64,000 bases of DNA from Treponemataceae bacterium (lineage in GTDB: Bacteria; Spirochaetota; Spirochaetia; Treponematales; Rectinemataceae), in contig CAXXHO010000005.1 of the NCBI GenBank assembly GCA_963667725.2, forward strand, positions 416,001-480,000. Reading direction: 5' to 3'. The number at the start of each line of letters is the position of its first letter. Position 1 is the stretch's first letter. The notes under the pieces were generated by a model, which was not told where the DNA came from, did no database searches, and saw nothing but the letters and a program-made list of their open reading frames with translations. Shown here piece by piece: positions 20,219 through 30,857 of this stretch. The position numbers and the translations under genes are program-made.

Positions 20219-20914
20219 GGTTGCATTTAGCATTTCATCTACTATCGCTTGTACATGTATCTCTGATGTATTTATTGCTGGTATTGAAAGATCTTCGTCC
20301 GATATCATAAGTGGTAATTCAGTGCACCCAAGTATTACACTATCTATACCTTGTTCCCTTGCATACTGCTCAACAATTTTAATATATTTCTCTTTCTTTT
20401 CAGGAATTATTATTCCTTCTTCAAGCTCTGGAAAGATAACATCTTGGATACTTAACATTTCATCTTTGCTAGGTACAAGTAACTCAAATTTATTTTTACT
20501 TGCATACTTGCTATAGAAGTTCTCTTGCATTGTAAATAGTGTGCCTGTAAGTAATACTTTTTTGTACCCTTTCTGCTTGATGAATTTGCACGTTGAATCA
20601 ACAATACTTATAAGCTTCACAGATACAGATTTCTCTAGCCTTTCAAATATAACATGTGGTGTATTTGATGCTATTACAACAAAATCTGATGATGCCATCC
20701 TTAGATTTTCTACTTTTGCGCTTAGCATGTTTATTAGATCATCATATTCTTTATTTTTTACATACATGAGCATTTCAGTCATATCAATACTGGCAATATT
20801 TATATTTGGATAGTGCACGCTTTTAGTTCGCTTTTGATATTCCTTAATGATTCTTTGATAATAGTAGACTGTTGATTCAGGACCAACGCCGCCAATTATT
20901 CCTACTGTATTCAT
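20213..20914 (-). CDS. Aspartate/glutamate racemase-family protein
   Basis: GIIGGVGPEST, ASNTPH, LGCTELP; the first catalytic Cys is replaced by Ser. Confidence 0.88.
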   Translation of the reverse strand: MNTVGIIGGVGPESTVYYYQRIIKEYQKRTKSVHYPNINIASIDMTEMLMYVKNKEYDDLINMLSAKVENLRMASSDFVVIASNTPHVIFERLEKSVSVKLISIVDSTCKFIKQKGYKKVLLTGTLFTMQENFYSKYASKNKFELLVPSKDEMLSIQDVIFPELEEGIIIPEKKEKYIKIVEQYAREQGIDSVILGCTELPLMISDEDLSIPAINTSEIHVQAIVDEMLNATD

Positions 20915-20934
20915 GTCTCTTCCTATTTTAATCC

Positions 20935-21059
20935 GACTAACATTGGCTTAACCCTTAACGCCTGCTCCTGAGCGAAGCGAAGGATTGGCGTGGTTTTTGC
21001 GTTGTCTTTTCGCAAAAACCATGACAAAAGGCGTTATAGGGTTGAAGCATTTGTTAGCA
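20935..21059 (-). repeat. attC site 16
   Basis: Dominant attC subtype. Confidence 0.93.
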
Positions 21060-21064
21060 GGTTT

Positions 21065-21406
21065 TTATTTTAATCCAAGTACCATCTTAATACCGTCTTC
21101 AACATCTTCAATAATTTGTTTTTTAATTTTTGATGCTTGTTCGAGTAATCGTCTTCTATCAATAGCATAAAGTTGCGAAACAACGATAATAGAATCTTTT
21201 GATAATTCTGAATCCTCTTTATCTAAAAATACATTTCCAGGGGCTTCTTCTAATAACAAATTTGTAGTTAATGGGACAACAATGATTGTATTAATTTTAC
21301 TTCTATTGAAAGCATCATCTTGTACAATTAGAACAGGTCGTTTAAAACCTGGTTCACTTCCAAATGGAATACCAAAATCTGCCCACCATATTTCACCACG
21401 CATCAT
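21065..21406 (-). CDS. mazF: MazF/PemK-family toxin
   Basis: RGEIWWAD, GSEPGFKRPVLIVQ, VVPLTTN. Confidence 0.9.
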   Translation of the reverse strand: MMRGEIWWADFGIPFGSEPGFKRPVLIVQDDAFNRSKINTIIVVPLTTNLLLEEAPGNVFLDKEDSELSKDSIIVVSQLYAIDRRRLLEQASKIKKQIIEDVEDGIKMVLGLK

Positions 21407-21635
21407 TTTTGGTTAATTCCTTTATTGATTCTATACTTGCTTCTTCGATATTTGATTCTATATTACTATTTTTATATATTTCATTCAATTTTTCAGTAAC
21501 ACTATCCCGTTTATGGTGGTTAATATATTCTTCAAGTGCCTTCGCAAAAAGCTGACTTCGAGGAATCCCCATCGTTTTTGCGGCTTTCTCTGCGTCCTTA
21601 TACAAACGTTCTGGAAGTGATACTGCTGTTTTCAT
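21393..21635 (-). CDS. RHH antitoxin (ChpI-like)
   Basis: MKTAVSLP...IPRSQLFAKAL; overlaps the toxin. Confidence 0.85.
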   Translation of the reverse strand: MKTAVSLPERLYKDAEKAAKTMGIPRSQLFAKALEEYINHHKRDSVTEKLNEIYKNSNIESNIEEASIESIKELTKNDAW

Positions 21636-21642
21636 ATACTAT

Positions 21643-21671
21643 AGTATAACTATGGTATAACATTTTGTCAA
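21643..21671 (-). promoter_or_regulatory. TA promoter, likely leaderless transcript
   Basis: TTGACA-17bp-TATACT, 7 nt before ATG. Confidence 0.8.
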
Positions 21672-21694
21672 TATTGATTCGGTTTTTTGAATCC

Positions 21695-21819
21695 TGCTAA
21701 CATTGGCTTAACCCTTAACGCCTGCTCCTGAGCGAAGCGAAGGATTGGCGTGGTTTTTGCGTCATCTTCTCGCAAAAACCATGACAAAAGGCGTTATAGG
21801 GTTGAAGCATTTGTTATGC
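21695..21819 (-). repeat. attC site 17
   Basis: Dominant attC subtype. Confidence 0.93.
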
Positions 21820-21850
21820 GAATTTTTGTTGTATTAACTATATTACTTTA

Positions 21851-22564
21851 GGGGCTGTACTAGATAAAATCAGATGTTATACTTAAATAGTGATCATAAG
21901 TCATTGCAGGTTAATGAAAAGAACACAAGAAAGACTCCTCGAATTTTTTGTGCTAGAAGTAACTGCTAGATCTGCTGCAAATATACTAGGAATTCATCCT
22001 AATTCTGCAGCTCTTTTCTATCGGAAAATTCGTCAAGTTATTGCCTTCTATTTAGCCCTGGAAGCAGCAGAAGTATTCAATGGCGAAGTAGAAATCGATG
22101 AAAGCTACTTCGGTGGAGTTCGCAAAGGGAAACGAGGCCGAGGCGCTGCTGGGAAAGTAGTCGTCTTTGGCATGTTAAAGCGCCATGGCAAGGTTTTCAC
22201 CGTTGTTGTGGAGAATACCAAGACAAAGACCCTAATGAACGAAATTGCCCGTAAAATCAAGCCAGATAGTGTTGTCTATTCTGATGCCTATCACAGTTAC
22301 GATGCATTGGATGTTAGTGAATTCCATCATCATCGAATAAATCATTCAGATGTATTTGTTGATGAAAAGAATCACATCAACGGAATAGAAAACTTCTGGA
22401 ACCAGGCCAAGAGAGTCTTAAGAAAGTACAATGGAATAGACAAGAAATATTTCTATCTGTTCCTGAAAGAATGTGAGTTCCGATTCAACTATGGAACACC
22501 AAAGAATCAACTTAAAATTCTTAGAAAATGGTGCTCAATCTAGACTTTTATCTAGTACAGCCCC
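21851..22564 (+). mobile_element. IS1595-family element copy 2 (714 bp, intact)
   Basis: 19-bp TIRs; 8-bp TSD TTACTTTA. Confidence 0.93.
21890..22543 (+). CDS. IS1595-family transposase
   Basis: VEIDESYFGG, RGRGA, VYSD, HINGIENFW and ECEFRFN motifs. Confidence 0.93.
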   Translation: MIISHCRLMKRTQERLLEFFVLEVTARSAANILGIHPNSAALFYRKIRQVIAFYLALEAAEVFNGEVEIDESYFGGVRKGKRGRGAAGKVVVFGMLKRHGKVFTVVVENTKTKTLMNEIARKIKPDSVVYSDAYHSYDALDVSEFHHHRINHSDVFVDEKNHINGIENFWNQAKRVLRKYNGIDKKYFYLFLKECEFRFNYGTPKNQLKILRKWCSI

Positions 22565-23759
22565 TTACTTTATAATCTTCTGGTTTTAAATTAATGCATG
22601 GTATTCTATTCCAACCTTGATCACATATTTTTATTATTGAGTTGAAGAAGTACTCGCTTATTAATGACTGTGCACAATCCTTAGGTCTAGAATAATCATA
22701 TCTATTCCATTGGCCAGATATTACCTTATCTGCTGCATTCCTCATTCTAGAAAGAACAGAATTAGCCGCTTGTTGTTTTGGTACTTTATTTTCAAGATAA
22801 TATGCAGCAGCATTCTTTGCCCCATTCCATATAATTGAATATATTTGTGATATTGGAAAGTTATTAATAATATCTTTAAAAAAGGCTTCTGTCTCTTTCC
22901 CTACAGTATAATCAAATTCATAGGCATTCATTCTATACATTAATAGATCAATACATTCCCAATATATAATTTCTTTCCATAATAAAAGAGCTTCATCAGT
23001 ATATATTTCATCCCAAGTACCTGGATTTAGTAATTCTGAAATTATTTTATCATTATCTTTCTCTTCTGAAAGTATATTTGGATATAAACCAACATTCTTC
23101 CAGTTAAAGCTAAAAGAGTCTTTTTCATAATCAGGCGTAAAATCATTCACCATTGATTTTGGATGTATTTTAATTATATCATTATAGAATAGCTCTCTAA
23201 AGGCTATATGTAGATAATCATCTGTGGGGAACATTTTCCCACTAAATTCGCCTAGAGGAGATATTCGCTCAAATTCTTTATCAATCCCAGCTCTAAGGAA
23301 GACACCAAGAAATACTTTCTGCTTAAATGTCAATATTTTTATATCAACTGGATCATATATCTCTAAATCGATTTTACTTCGTAGAAAATTTATTTTCCTA
23401 TCCATTTCTATTTTTTGCATTCTTTTCTCTTCTTCGACGCACCTTGTACACCTACAGGCTGGAGAGTCTTCATGTCCACAAGATGGACAAAATGCATTTT
23501 CATCGACATCAAATCTAGATTTATCCCGTTTTGATCGATACTTAACGAGATTAATTCCACAATACATACATTTTATATCGATTGTTTCTGGAGGGAAAAT
23601 ATAATGTAATTCAGATAAAGCTATTCCTTTAAGATCATATGATTCTTGTAGTTGCTTCATAGAAACATTTTCTTCATAATATAGATGCATTATTCTTTCA
23701 ATTTGTTCTTCTGATATTCCTTTTACTTTCTCAAGGACTTTATCTCGATACGTATTCAT
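22548..23759 (-). CDS. Hypothetical protein with Cys-rich putative Zn-binding region; last codon altered by IS1595
   Basis: CMYC, CPSC, CRCTRC; pre-insertion end reconstructs as PEDYKVI*. Confidence 0.75.
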   Translation of the reverse strand: MNTYRDKVLEKVKGISEEQIERIMHLYYEENVSMKQLQESYDLKGIALSELHYIFPPETIDIKCMYCGINLVKYRSKRDKSRFDVDENAFCPSCGHEDSPACRCTRCVEEEKRMQKIEMDRKINFLRSKIDLEIYDPVDIKILTFKQKVFLGVFLRAGIDKEFERISPLGEFSGKMFPTDDYLHIAFRELFYNDIIKIHPKSMVNDFTPDYEKDSFSFNWKNVGLYPNILSEEKDNDKIISELLNPGTWDEIYTDEALLLWKEIIYWECIDLLMYRMNAYEFDYTVGKETEAFFKDIINNFPISQIYSIIWNGAKNAAAYYLENKVPKQQAANSVLSRMRNAADKVISGQWNRYDYSRPKDCAQSLISEYFFNSIIKICDQGWNRIPCINLKPEDYKVRGCTR

Positions 23760-23800
23760 TGAAATCCTCTATGGAATTACTGAGCGCGCGAAGCGCGTCC

Positions 23801-23925
23801 ACATAACATTGGCTTAACCTTTAAAGCCTGGCCCGAGCTAATGCGAGGGATTGGCGCGCTTTTTGCATTGTTGTTCTGCAAAAAGCGTGACAAAAGGCTT
23901 TATAAGGTTGAAGCATGTGTTAGGA
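23801..23925 (-). repeat. attC site 18
   Basis: attC palindrome. Confidence 0.93.
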
Positions 23926-25212
23926 AGTTACTATTTCATCAATTATTTCTTTTTCACTATCTATTTTATCATAATCGCATTTAAATACTTCTTTATAAGC
24001 ATCTTTAAATTCTTTTGTATCTCGAAATAATTCAAATAGTGGCCATTCATGATAAAATATCTGTGGAAGTTCGTCTGTATTACCTATTTTTCTCATTATT
24101 TTACTACTCAATACCCAATCTTTTTGAAGAACAGCTTTAGCAAGTAAAAACTTATCAGAACAATCAGACCAATCAAGTTTGTCTATCTGCTTCTTAACTT
24201 CTTCATCTTTATTTAATAAATAATATGTGATTATATTATTAATTGAAACAATCATGTCTTCAATTCTATTAAGCTTACTGTAGATTTTTAAATACTTAAT
24301 GAGATTCCTAACAATATTATAGTTTTTATATTCTAGGTTATCATATATATAAGTTATTAATAGGTTTTTACCAATTTCAATATTTTCAGGATGTAATTTT
24401 TTTATAATAAATGATGTAATTTTACCTGCTATTTCGATAAGTACAAAAACACTATCGTAAAAATAATCAGGATCGGTATACAATTCATCACCAATATTTG
24501 GACACTGCTTAAATGTAAATCCCTCTTGAATACAAGTATTTATATATTGACTACTTACAATACCATTAGTATGTACATATAAATTTCTTCTTTCTGTCAA
24601 CTCAACAAATTTTGATATTAGCTCTTTATCATCTTTTATTGAACCGTTAATTTTTTTCGATATCCATTCTAATTGCTTAATATGGCTACCACGCATTACT
24701 GCATCAATTTCTTCATTTATTATTGCACTTTGATATTCTTCTATTGTTTTATATTTGATGAGCTCAGTATATGATATCTGCTTACATGAATCATTTAGCA
24801 AATTAGGTTTTAATGTTAGCATATATTTAATTGTATCTGAAATATACTTATCAAATTGACTTACAAGAGTAACAATTACACTCTTGTTAATTATACTGAA
24901 CGCTCTATCATACTTGTCTTCATTATCTTGTAATATTTTGAACTTTTTTAAATATACTAAAGGTACCGCAAATTGCATACCATTTTCATTCTCTTTAATA
25001 TCGGTACATTTTTCTTTAATAAACTTTATCATATCTTTATGTGATTTTTGATGTTTTTCAGTAATTGTCATTATCGTTATAGGTAATACATCTCTTAAAG
25101 TAATTGCATTATCTAAATATGTAGATAATATTGTGCTATACCCATTAATTGGACTGTCTGATTCTTTATTAGATTTCTCTTCTGGAACTTCTATACATTC
25201 TGCATTATCCAA
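23920..25212 (-). CDS. Hypothetical protein with HEPN-like RxxxxH motif
   Basis: RNLYVH(TNG) in a helical-looking protein; stop codon lies in the attC core. Confidence 0.6.
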   Translation of the reverse strand: MDNAECIEVPEEKSNKESDSPINGYSTILSTYLDNAITLRDVLPITIMTITEKHQKSHKDMIKFIKEKCTDIKENENGMQFAVPLVYLKKFKILQDNEDKYDRAFSIINKSVIVTLVSQFDKYISDTIKYMLTLKPNLLNDSCKQISYTELIKYKTIEEYQSAIINEEIDAVMRGSHIKQLEWISKKINGSIKDDKELISKFVELTERRNLYVHTNGIVSSQYINTCIQEGFTFKQCPNIGDELYTDPDYFYDSVFVLIEIAGKITSFIIKKLHPENIEIGKNLLITYIYDNLEYKNYNIVRNLIKYLKIYSKLNRIEDMIVSINNIITYYLLNKDEEVKKQIDKLDWSDCSDKFLLAKAVLQKDWVLSSKIMRKIGNTDELPQIFYHEWPLFELFRDTKEFKDAYKEVFKCDYDKIDSEKEIIDEIVTS

Positions 25213-25228
25213 TTTTTCCTCCTAATCT

Positions 25229-25354
25229 TCCTAACATTGGCTTAAGCTGGGAGCTTCGACCGCGAAGCGGTTGGCGCGCTTTTTGCATGAGAGAGCGCAG
25301 CGATCTGCAAAAAGCGTGACAAAGAAGCGACTCAGCTTGAAGCATTTGTTAGAA
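25229..25354 (-). repeat. attC site 19 (gcttaagctg subtype)
   Basis: gcttaagctg...cagcttgaagc compensatory stem. Confidence 0.92.
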
Positions 25355-25360
25355 ATCTTC

Positions 25361-25783
25361 CTATTTCATATTTAGTAATACTATCCCACTCATACACAAT
25401 ACTATTCCTGCTATCTTCTTAATGTTTATCTTCTCTTTAAATAGTATCATTCCTATGATTACTAATAATATTGTTATCAGTGATGATACTAATGCTGATG
25501 AATAGCTAAGGTTTCCTCCTGCTCTATATAGTAAAAGATACCCTAACTCTATTCCTATAATTGGAATGGCAAGTAAAACGGTATATACATTAACATTTTT
25601 AATCTCATTTGATAATGATCCATGTAATGGAATAAATAAAAAGAGCACTGATGATAGTAATATTGCAGCAATGTATGAACAAATAATGCTTAATATTGGG
25701 TTTATACTTGGACTAATTAATTTCTGGAATACCTGATAAAAGACTCCAGAGCAAACGATTAACACAATTGAAGCTATATACAT
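25361..25783 (-). CDS. EamA/DMT-family small transporter
   Basis: Five TM segments; LFKEKINIKKIAGIVLCMSGIVLL. Confidence 0.85.
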   Translation of the reverse strand: MYIASIVLIVCSGVFYQVFQKLISPSINPILSIICSYIAAILLSSVLFLFIPLHGSLSNEIKNVNVYTVLLAIPIIGIELGYLLLYRAGGNLSYSSALVSSLITILLVIIGMILFKEKINIKKIAGIVLCMSGIVLLNMK

Positions 25784-25951
25784 ATCTCCAATCCTTAGAC
25801 TTATCTTAGAGAATGGTTGAATTTGTTTTTAAACATTGCATAGTAGCTAAGACTCAAAGACTATATATTATTCTCTATAATTCAATTACTTAAATCTCAT
25901 TACAGTAGAACTTTTTTTGTGTTTATTTTTTCTTCCTGCGCGGGAGCGCCT

Positions 25952-26075
25952 TTCTAACATTGGCTTAACCTTCAAATCCGTGCCTGAGCTACTGCGAAGG
26001 CTTGGCGTGGTTTTTGCGTGATCTTCTCGCAAAAACCATGACAAAGGATTTATAAGGTTGAAGCGGTTGTTCGAT
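25952..26075 (-). repeat. attC site 20
   Basis: attC palindrome. Confidence 0.93.
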
Positions 26076-26085
26076 GGCATCTATT

Positions 26086-26895
26086 TTACATATTACCAGA
26101 AATAAGTTGATTATATAATAGGCTTGGATGTTTTTGTAGCAATTGACTTTTTTCCAAACTAATAACTTCTTTATCTGAAAGTTGTTTACTAACTAATATG
26201 CTCTCGCCATTTTCTTTCCTAGTTTTAACTAAAATAATATTTCCTATTTGGATAGCTGCTTCATTTTGTGTACCTAATGCTGATATTACAAGAGCTAAAC
26301 CTTCCATATTCATTTTATTTGCTTCTGCTTCTACTTTTGTTATTTTCTCAAGCTCTATTGCTTTTTCAACTTTTTCCAAACGTTCTTTTACTTCTTTTTT
26401 ACTAAGAATATCTTTTGTTCTTAATATTATTTTCTTAAACCAAGATCCATGTTCTACTGGAAATTCTACTGCACTATTAAATCCATTTTTATTTAAGTAC
26501 TTAATTATTGTATCAAATATTTTATCAACATTATCACTCTTTTCTTCAAAATAGACTCGAACTGGTATATATCTATTCAAAGAAATTTCATCAAGATTTA
26601 CTCCTAATGATAATGCAAACATATACTGTTCAATACATTCGATAATATACTTATTTTTTTCAATTTTTTTATTTAAGCTATTTTTTTGAATCTCAAGATT
26701 ATCCTTAAATATCTCTTCTATTTCATTGTTATATTTTCTTTTTTGTACACTTGGCATACTAAGTACTTTAACATAATTATTCTCTATTTGTTCATATTTA
26801 TCTTTAGTTAATTTCATTTCATTTTCAAGGAATAGGGTCATAATCGTTTTTTCTAGTAATGCTATTCTATCTTCCAAATTTGTATTCATGCTCAT
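26086..26895 (-). CDS. Hypothetical protein
   Basis: 269-aa ORF filling the cassette, AGGA SD. Confidence 0.75.
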   Translation of the reverse strand: MSMNTNLEDRIALLEKTIMTLFLENEMKLTKDKYEQIENNYVKVLSMPSVQKRKYNNEIEEIFKDNLEIQKNSLNKKIEKNKYIIECIEQYMFALSLGVNLDEISLNRYIPVRVYFEEKSDNVDKIFDTIIKYLNKNGFNSAVEFPVEHGSWFKKIILRTKDILSKKEVKERLEKVEKAIELEKITKVEAEANKMNMEGLALVISALGTQNEAAIQIGNIILVKTRKENGESILVSKQLSDKEVISLEKSQLLQKHPSLLYNQLISGNM

Positions 26896-26944
26896 TTTCC
26901 TTTCTAATTATATTGTAGTTGTAGAAACTTTTAGCAACTCGTCC

Positions 26945-27069
26945 ATCGAACATTGGCTTAACCTTTAACGCTCGTTCCCGAGCGAAGCGAGGGATTGGCG
27001 TGGTTTGTGCATAGGATTTCTACACAAACCATGACAAAGAGCGGTATAAGGTTGAAGCTTTTGTTGGAA
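26945..27069 (-). repeat. attC site 21
   Basis: attC palindrome. Confidence 0.92.
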
Positions 27070-27168
27070 GTCTCTTCTTCTCTATTCTCTTCATAATATC
27101 TTTTCTTTTATAATGAATTTTTTCTTCTATAATATTCATCTCTTTACCTAATATCTTATTATCTTTCT

Positions 27169-27462
27169 TTATATGAATAGTCTTTCATAGCCATCATATG
27201 CTTCTAATTCAACAATATCATAGGTAATCAAACACTCTTTCACTAAGGGAAATGTATCAAGAATTTCTTTAACTTTTATTGAATCTTTTGCTTCTATAAT
27301 TAAAATTGCTTCTCTTGTATTCTTAGTAAACCAAATATTTCTAATAACACTCTTTTTCTGTAGATCCCAGAGGACTTTTGCTTCTTGCTTAAGTATTTGC
27401 TCTTGTTCTTTCCAGTTAACATTAGGTTTATCGTGAGTAATAACAAGATTCACCAAAGCCAT
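27169..27462 (-). CDS. Muconolactone-isomerase-like small protein
   Basis: EAKVLWDL...IRNIWF...LDTFPLV; AGGAG SD. Confidence 0.55.
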   Translation of the reverse strand: MALVNLVITHDKPNVNWKEQEQILKQEAKVLWDLQKKSVIRNIWFTKNTREAILIIEAKDSIKVKEILDTFPLVKECLITYDIVELEAYDGYERLFI

Positions 27463-27547
27463 TATCTCCTTTCAAGCGTTTGATTCTTAATGTTTACACT
27501 TTTTTGCTATAGACTATTACTATTTAAAATGCTGCGCGCTAGCGTCC

Positions 27548-27655
27548 TTCCAACATTGGCTTGACCCGCGAGGCGTTAAACTGGCGCGCTTTTTGCCTTG
27601 TTGTTCTTGCAAAAAGCGTGACAGTAGCCGAGTCGGGTCGAAGCAGGTGTTAGAA
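27548..27655 (-). repeat. attC site 22 (short divergent subtype)
   Basis: gcttgacccg...cgggtcgaagc compensatory stem. Confidence 0.88.
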
Positions 27656-28192
27656 TTCTTCTACCTTCTTCAATAATGCTTCTGCTTCTCTTGGTTTCTT
27701 TAATACTATAAACTCTTTAATCTTGAATGGATTCTCTTTCAACATTAATGTATACTGTTCTTTACGTTTCTTATATGTATTCCATGCCCAGAACACAATT
27801 GCATCTTTAGCTAAAAAGGAATTCTTAAATGTCTCTCTATTTCCTGACCAAAGCTCTTCTTGTGTAATCATTCTTGATATTGTTCTTTTAAAAACTCTCC
27901 ACATTACAATAAATCTACTGTAATCAAGCCATATAACTGTATCTACATTCCCCCAGGTTAAATCTTTTACTTTATTATAGTTCCCATGTATTACATATCC
28001 TTTCTCATTCTGTATAGCATTTTTAATCTTTTCTCGAAATTCCTCTTGTTCCGATTGAACCCAATTCTCTTTCCAGAAAAGTGCATCTAGTTCTATGTCT
28101 TTAATCTTCAATACTTTACTTAAATTTCTAGCGAGTGTTGTTTTACCAGATCCACTCGTACCAACAACAAGAATCTTTGATGTAGAATCCAC
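27650..28192 (-). CDS. Adenylate-kinase-like P-loop protein
   Basis: GTSGSGKTT, ELDALFW, HGNY, IWLDY. Confidence 0.85.
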   Translation of the reverse strand: MDSTSKILVVGTSGSGKTTLARNLSKVLKIKDIELDALFWKENWVQSEQEEFREKIKNAIQNEKGYVIHGNYNKVKDLTWGNVDTVIWLDYSRFIVMWRVFKRTISRMITQEELWSGNRETFKNSFLAKDAIVFWAWNTYKKRKEQYTLMLKENPFKIKEFIVLKKPREAEALLKKVEEF

Positions 28193-28229
28193 TTTTTATC
28201 TTTCCTTATCTTCCTGCGCGGGAGCGCCA

Positions 28230-28354
28230 TTCTAACATTGGCTTAACCCTTAACGCCTGTTCCTGAGCGAAGCGAGGGATTGGCGTGGTTTTTGCGTGAT
28301 CTTCTCGCAAAAACCATGACAAAAGGCGTTATAGGGTTGAAGCAGTTGTTAGGC
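28230..28354 (-). repeat. attC site 23
   Basis: Dominant attC subtype. Confidence 0.93.
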
Positions 28355-28364
28355 GTATATTTTT

Positions 28365-28856
28365 CTATATGTTTTTCTCCATATAAACTATTCCTAAATC
28401 TTTACCAAATTTTTTCCAACATTTCTTTAATCTTCCATATTCACTAAATCCGTTTCTCTCATGAAATTTTAAGCTATTTTTATTATCATCAGTTATATCA
28501 ACTATTATTTTGCTAATTCCAATATTTTTTGCATCATTTTCTAATTGCTGTAACGCTCTTTTCCCTATGCTTTTCCCAATATATTCTTTCTTAATAAAAT
28601 ACATTGCTTCTGCTGTTTTCTTAAATGGCTTTATATTCTTAAACGCTTCTAATGTACAAAAACCAACCAATTCTCCTCCATCGACAGTAATTGCATATCC
28701 CGAATAAACATCATTCTTATCTATGATTTTATCGAAATGATTATAATCTACAATGTCCTCACGAAAGGCCGCTGTTGTTGTTTTTATATAATAATTCAAT
28801 ATATCAATCACGCTTTGCCGATGTTTCTCTTCTAATGGTTCAAATACAATATTCAT
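28365..28856 (-). CDS. GNAT acetyltransferase (Pat/YncA-like)
   Basis: ILNYYI.TTTAAF, NKNSLKFHERNGF; paralog at 40615. Confidence 0.85.
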   Translation of the reverse strand: MNIVFEPLEEKHRQSVIDILNYYIKTTTAAFREDIVDYNHFDKIIDKNDVYSGYAITVDGGELVGFCTLEAFKNIKPFKKTAEAMYFIKKEYIGKSIGKRALQQLENDAKNIGISKIIVDITDDNKNSLKFHERNGFSEYGRLKKCWKKFGKDLGIVYMEKNI

Positions 28857-28958
28857 AATAAAATCCCCTGATTATACTGCTTCTATATCCACATAGCCCG
28901 TCAGGTTAACATTTTTAACTATAACTTTAACATGTATCATTTTGCGCCGATGGCGTCC

Positions 28959-29083
28959 GCCTAACATTGGCTTAACTCTTAACGCCTGCTCCTGAGCGAA
29001 GCGAAGGATTGGCGTGGTTTGTGCATTGTTGTTCTGCACAAACCATGACAAAGGGCGTTATAGGGTTGAAGCAGGTGTTAGGT
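28959..29083 (-). repeat. attC site 24
   Basis: attC palindrome. Confidence 0.93.
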
Positions 29084-29092
29084 GCTAATATT

Positions 29093-29908
29093 TTAGATAT
29101 CATCAAAATACATAAAGCTTCTTATTTCTTTTAAACATACCTTTTTAACTTCTTTATCTTTTTTCGCTTCTGAATAAAAGTAGCATGTTTTAAGGTACTC
29201 ATGATAATTCTTATACGTATGCTTTTCTATACCTACATCATGCTTAAAGCATTCAATTAACTTTTTTATATGTTCTACTATAAAGCTACTCTTACTCCCT
29301 TTATATGAAAATATTGCTTTACAAAGTCGTTCTTCTTCTCGATATACAAAATATTCTTTCGTTTGAGTAATAATTTTTATTATTAGTAATGATATACTGT
29401 TTTTATCTTTTTCAGAAACATTTTTTGATCGTAGTAACTCAAGAAAGACATCGGCACAATGAGCTATGCTATGTATCCATCCATACTTTGATGAATAACC
29501 AGCATAAACCTTTTCATTTTCAAGATAACTCTTGAGACTACTAAGAACAAATCTCAATTCATTTTTTGTAAGAAAACTACTTTTATTATCATATTCTACA
29601 ATAGCTGCAATAATGAGCCAAGAAAACGTCCTTTTAACTGCATACTTTAGCAAATTGCTATCTATATTAAAATAAATAAAATTATCTGATAACAAAATCT
29701 TTAATACTTCATGTAATGCTTTTTTACTAATATATCCATTTAGAATCCAAGTACAAAAAACTACATAAACAAGTTCATCTCGTATTTTTTGATCAACAAT
29801 TCCAAGATCACTTATGTTATTTATTAAGAATGAATCATATTCATCATCATTCAATATGAAGCTATGATTGAGAATTGACTCATATATTTTCTGTTTACGA
29901 TTACTCAT
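29093..29908 (-). CDS. DUF2785-like protein
   Basis: IRDEL, RTFS, GWIHSIAHCAD and EEERL motifs. Confidence 0.75.
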   Translation of the reverse strand: MSNRKQKIYESILNHSFILNDDEYDSFLINNISDLGIVDQKIRDELVYVVFCTWILNGYISKKALHEVLKILLSDNFIYFNIDSNLLKYAVKRTFSWLIIAAIVEYDNKSSFLTKNELRFVLSSLKSYLENEKVYAGYSSKYGWIHSIAHCADVFLELLRSKNVSEKDKNSISLLIIKIITQTKEYFVYREEERLCKAIFSYKGSKSSFIVEHIKKLIECFKHDVGIEKHTYKNYHEYLKTCYFYSEAKKDKEVKKVCLKEIRSFMYFDDI

Positions 29909-29963
29909 TTACAGGCCTTAACTCATTCTCTCAAATAGACTACTAATTTCGCCCGTAGGGTCC

Positions 29964-30088
29964 ACCTAACATTGGCTTAACCCTTAACGCCTGTTCCTGA
30001 GCGAAGCGAAGGATTGGCGTGGTTTTTGCGTCATCTTCTCGCAAAAACCATGACAAAGGGCGTTATAGGGTTGAAGCATTTGTTAGAT
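29964..30088 (-). repeat. attC site 25
   Basis: Dominant attC subtype. Confidence 0.93.
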
Positions 30089-30093
30089 TCCTC

Positions 30094-30828
30094 TTACTTA
30101 CTGTTTACATCAATTTCCCAATATTCTTTTACTTCTATATCATTCTTATGTTTATTAAATAATCTCTTTAATATTTCTCTATGTTCATACCCACATAATA
30201 GAATAGATCGTATATCATCATTTTTATCTTTAAGCGATTTTACGACATTTTCTACCATTGCTTCATTTCTAATTTTCCAGAAATGATCTATAAAATGAAC
30301 ATGTTCTTTGAATGCATGAAGCTTTTCATATTTTCTTACGATATCTCTATAGAAACTATAAGCAAGCTTTTCTTTATACCGTATTAAGCTATCAGAAATA
30401 GTACTATTAATTATCCGGACATGATCATTGCTTAAGCTTTTATCTCTCATTTTATAGATATCATAAAGGTGCTTAAATCTTAATCTATCTTCAGAATTTG
30501 GTATTTCCTCTTTATATAACTTTTCTAATGCAACATTGAATTGCTTTTGCATTTCAAAATAATTTTCTTCTTTAAGAGTTCTATTTCTATTCTGAATATC
30601 ATATTGAATCACTTCACATTCTGGGTGTCTTTGTATATATGTAATTATTGCTTTGCTTTCTACACCAGTTATGTTTTTCTTTCTGAATTCTAAATCTACT
30701 TTCCACTCCTCTGGCAACTCTTCAAATATGATTGAAGGATTAAGTTTCTCCATTATATCAACAATATGCACTGCTTTATAGTTTTTAGTCTCTTTATGAC
30801 AAGTTCCCAAAATTACAATGGTCTTCAT
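30094..30828 (-). CDS. Hypothetical protein, TraB/GumN-like motifs
   Basis: ILGTCH, IFEELP, RNEAM, LCGYEH. Confidence 0.55.
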   Translation of the reverse strand: MKTIVILGTCHKETKNYKAVHIVDIMEKLNPSIIFEELPEEWKVDLEFRKKNITGVESKAIITYIQRHPECEVIQYDIQNRNRTLKEENYFEMQKQFNVALEKLYKEEIPNSEDRLRFKHLYDIYKMRDKSLSNDHVRIINSTISDSLIRYKEKLAYSFYRDIVRKYEKLHAFKEHVHFIDHFWKIRNEAMVENVVKSLKDKNDDIRSILLCGYEHREILKRLFNKHKNDIEVKEYWEIDVNSK

Positions 30829-30857
30829 AGCTTTGTTTATTATGTTCCTTTTAGTGA

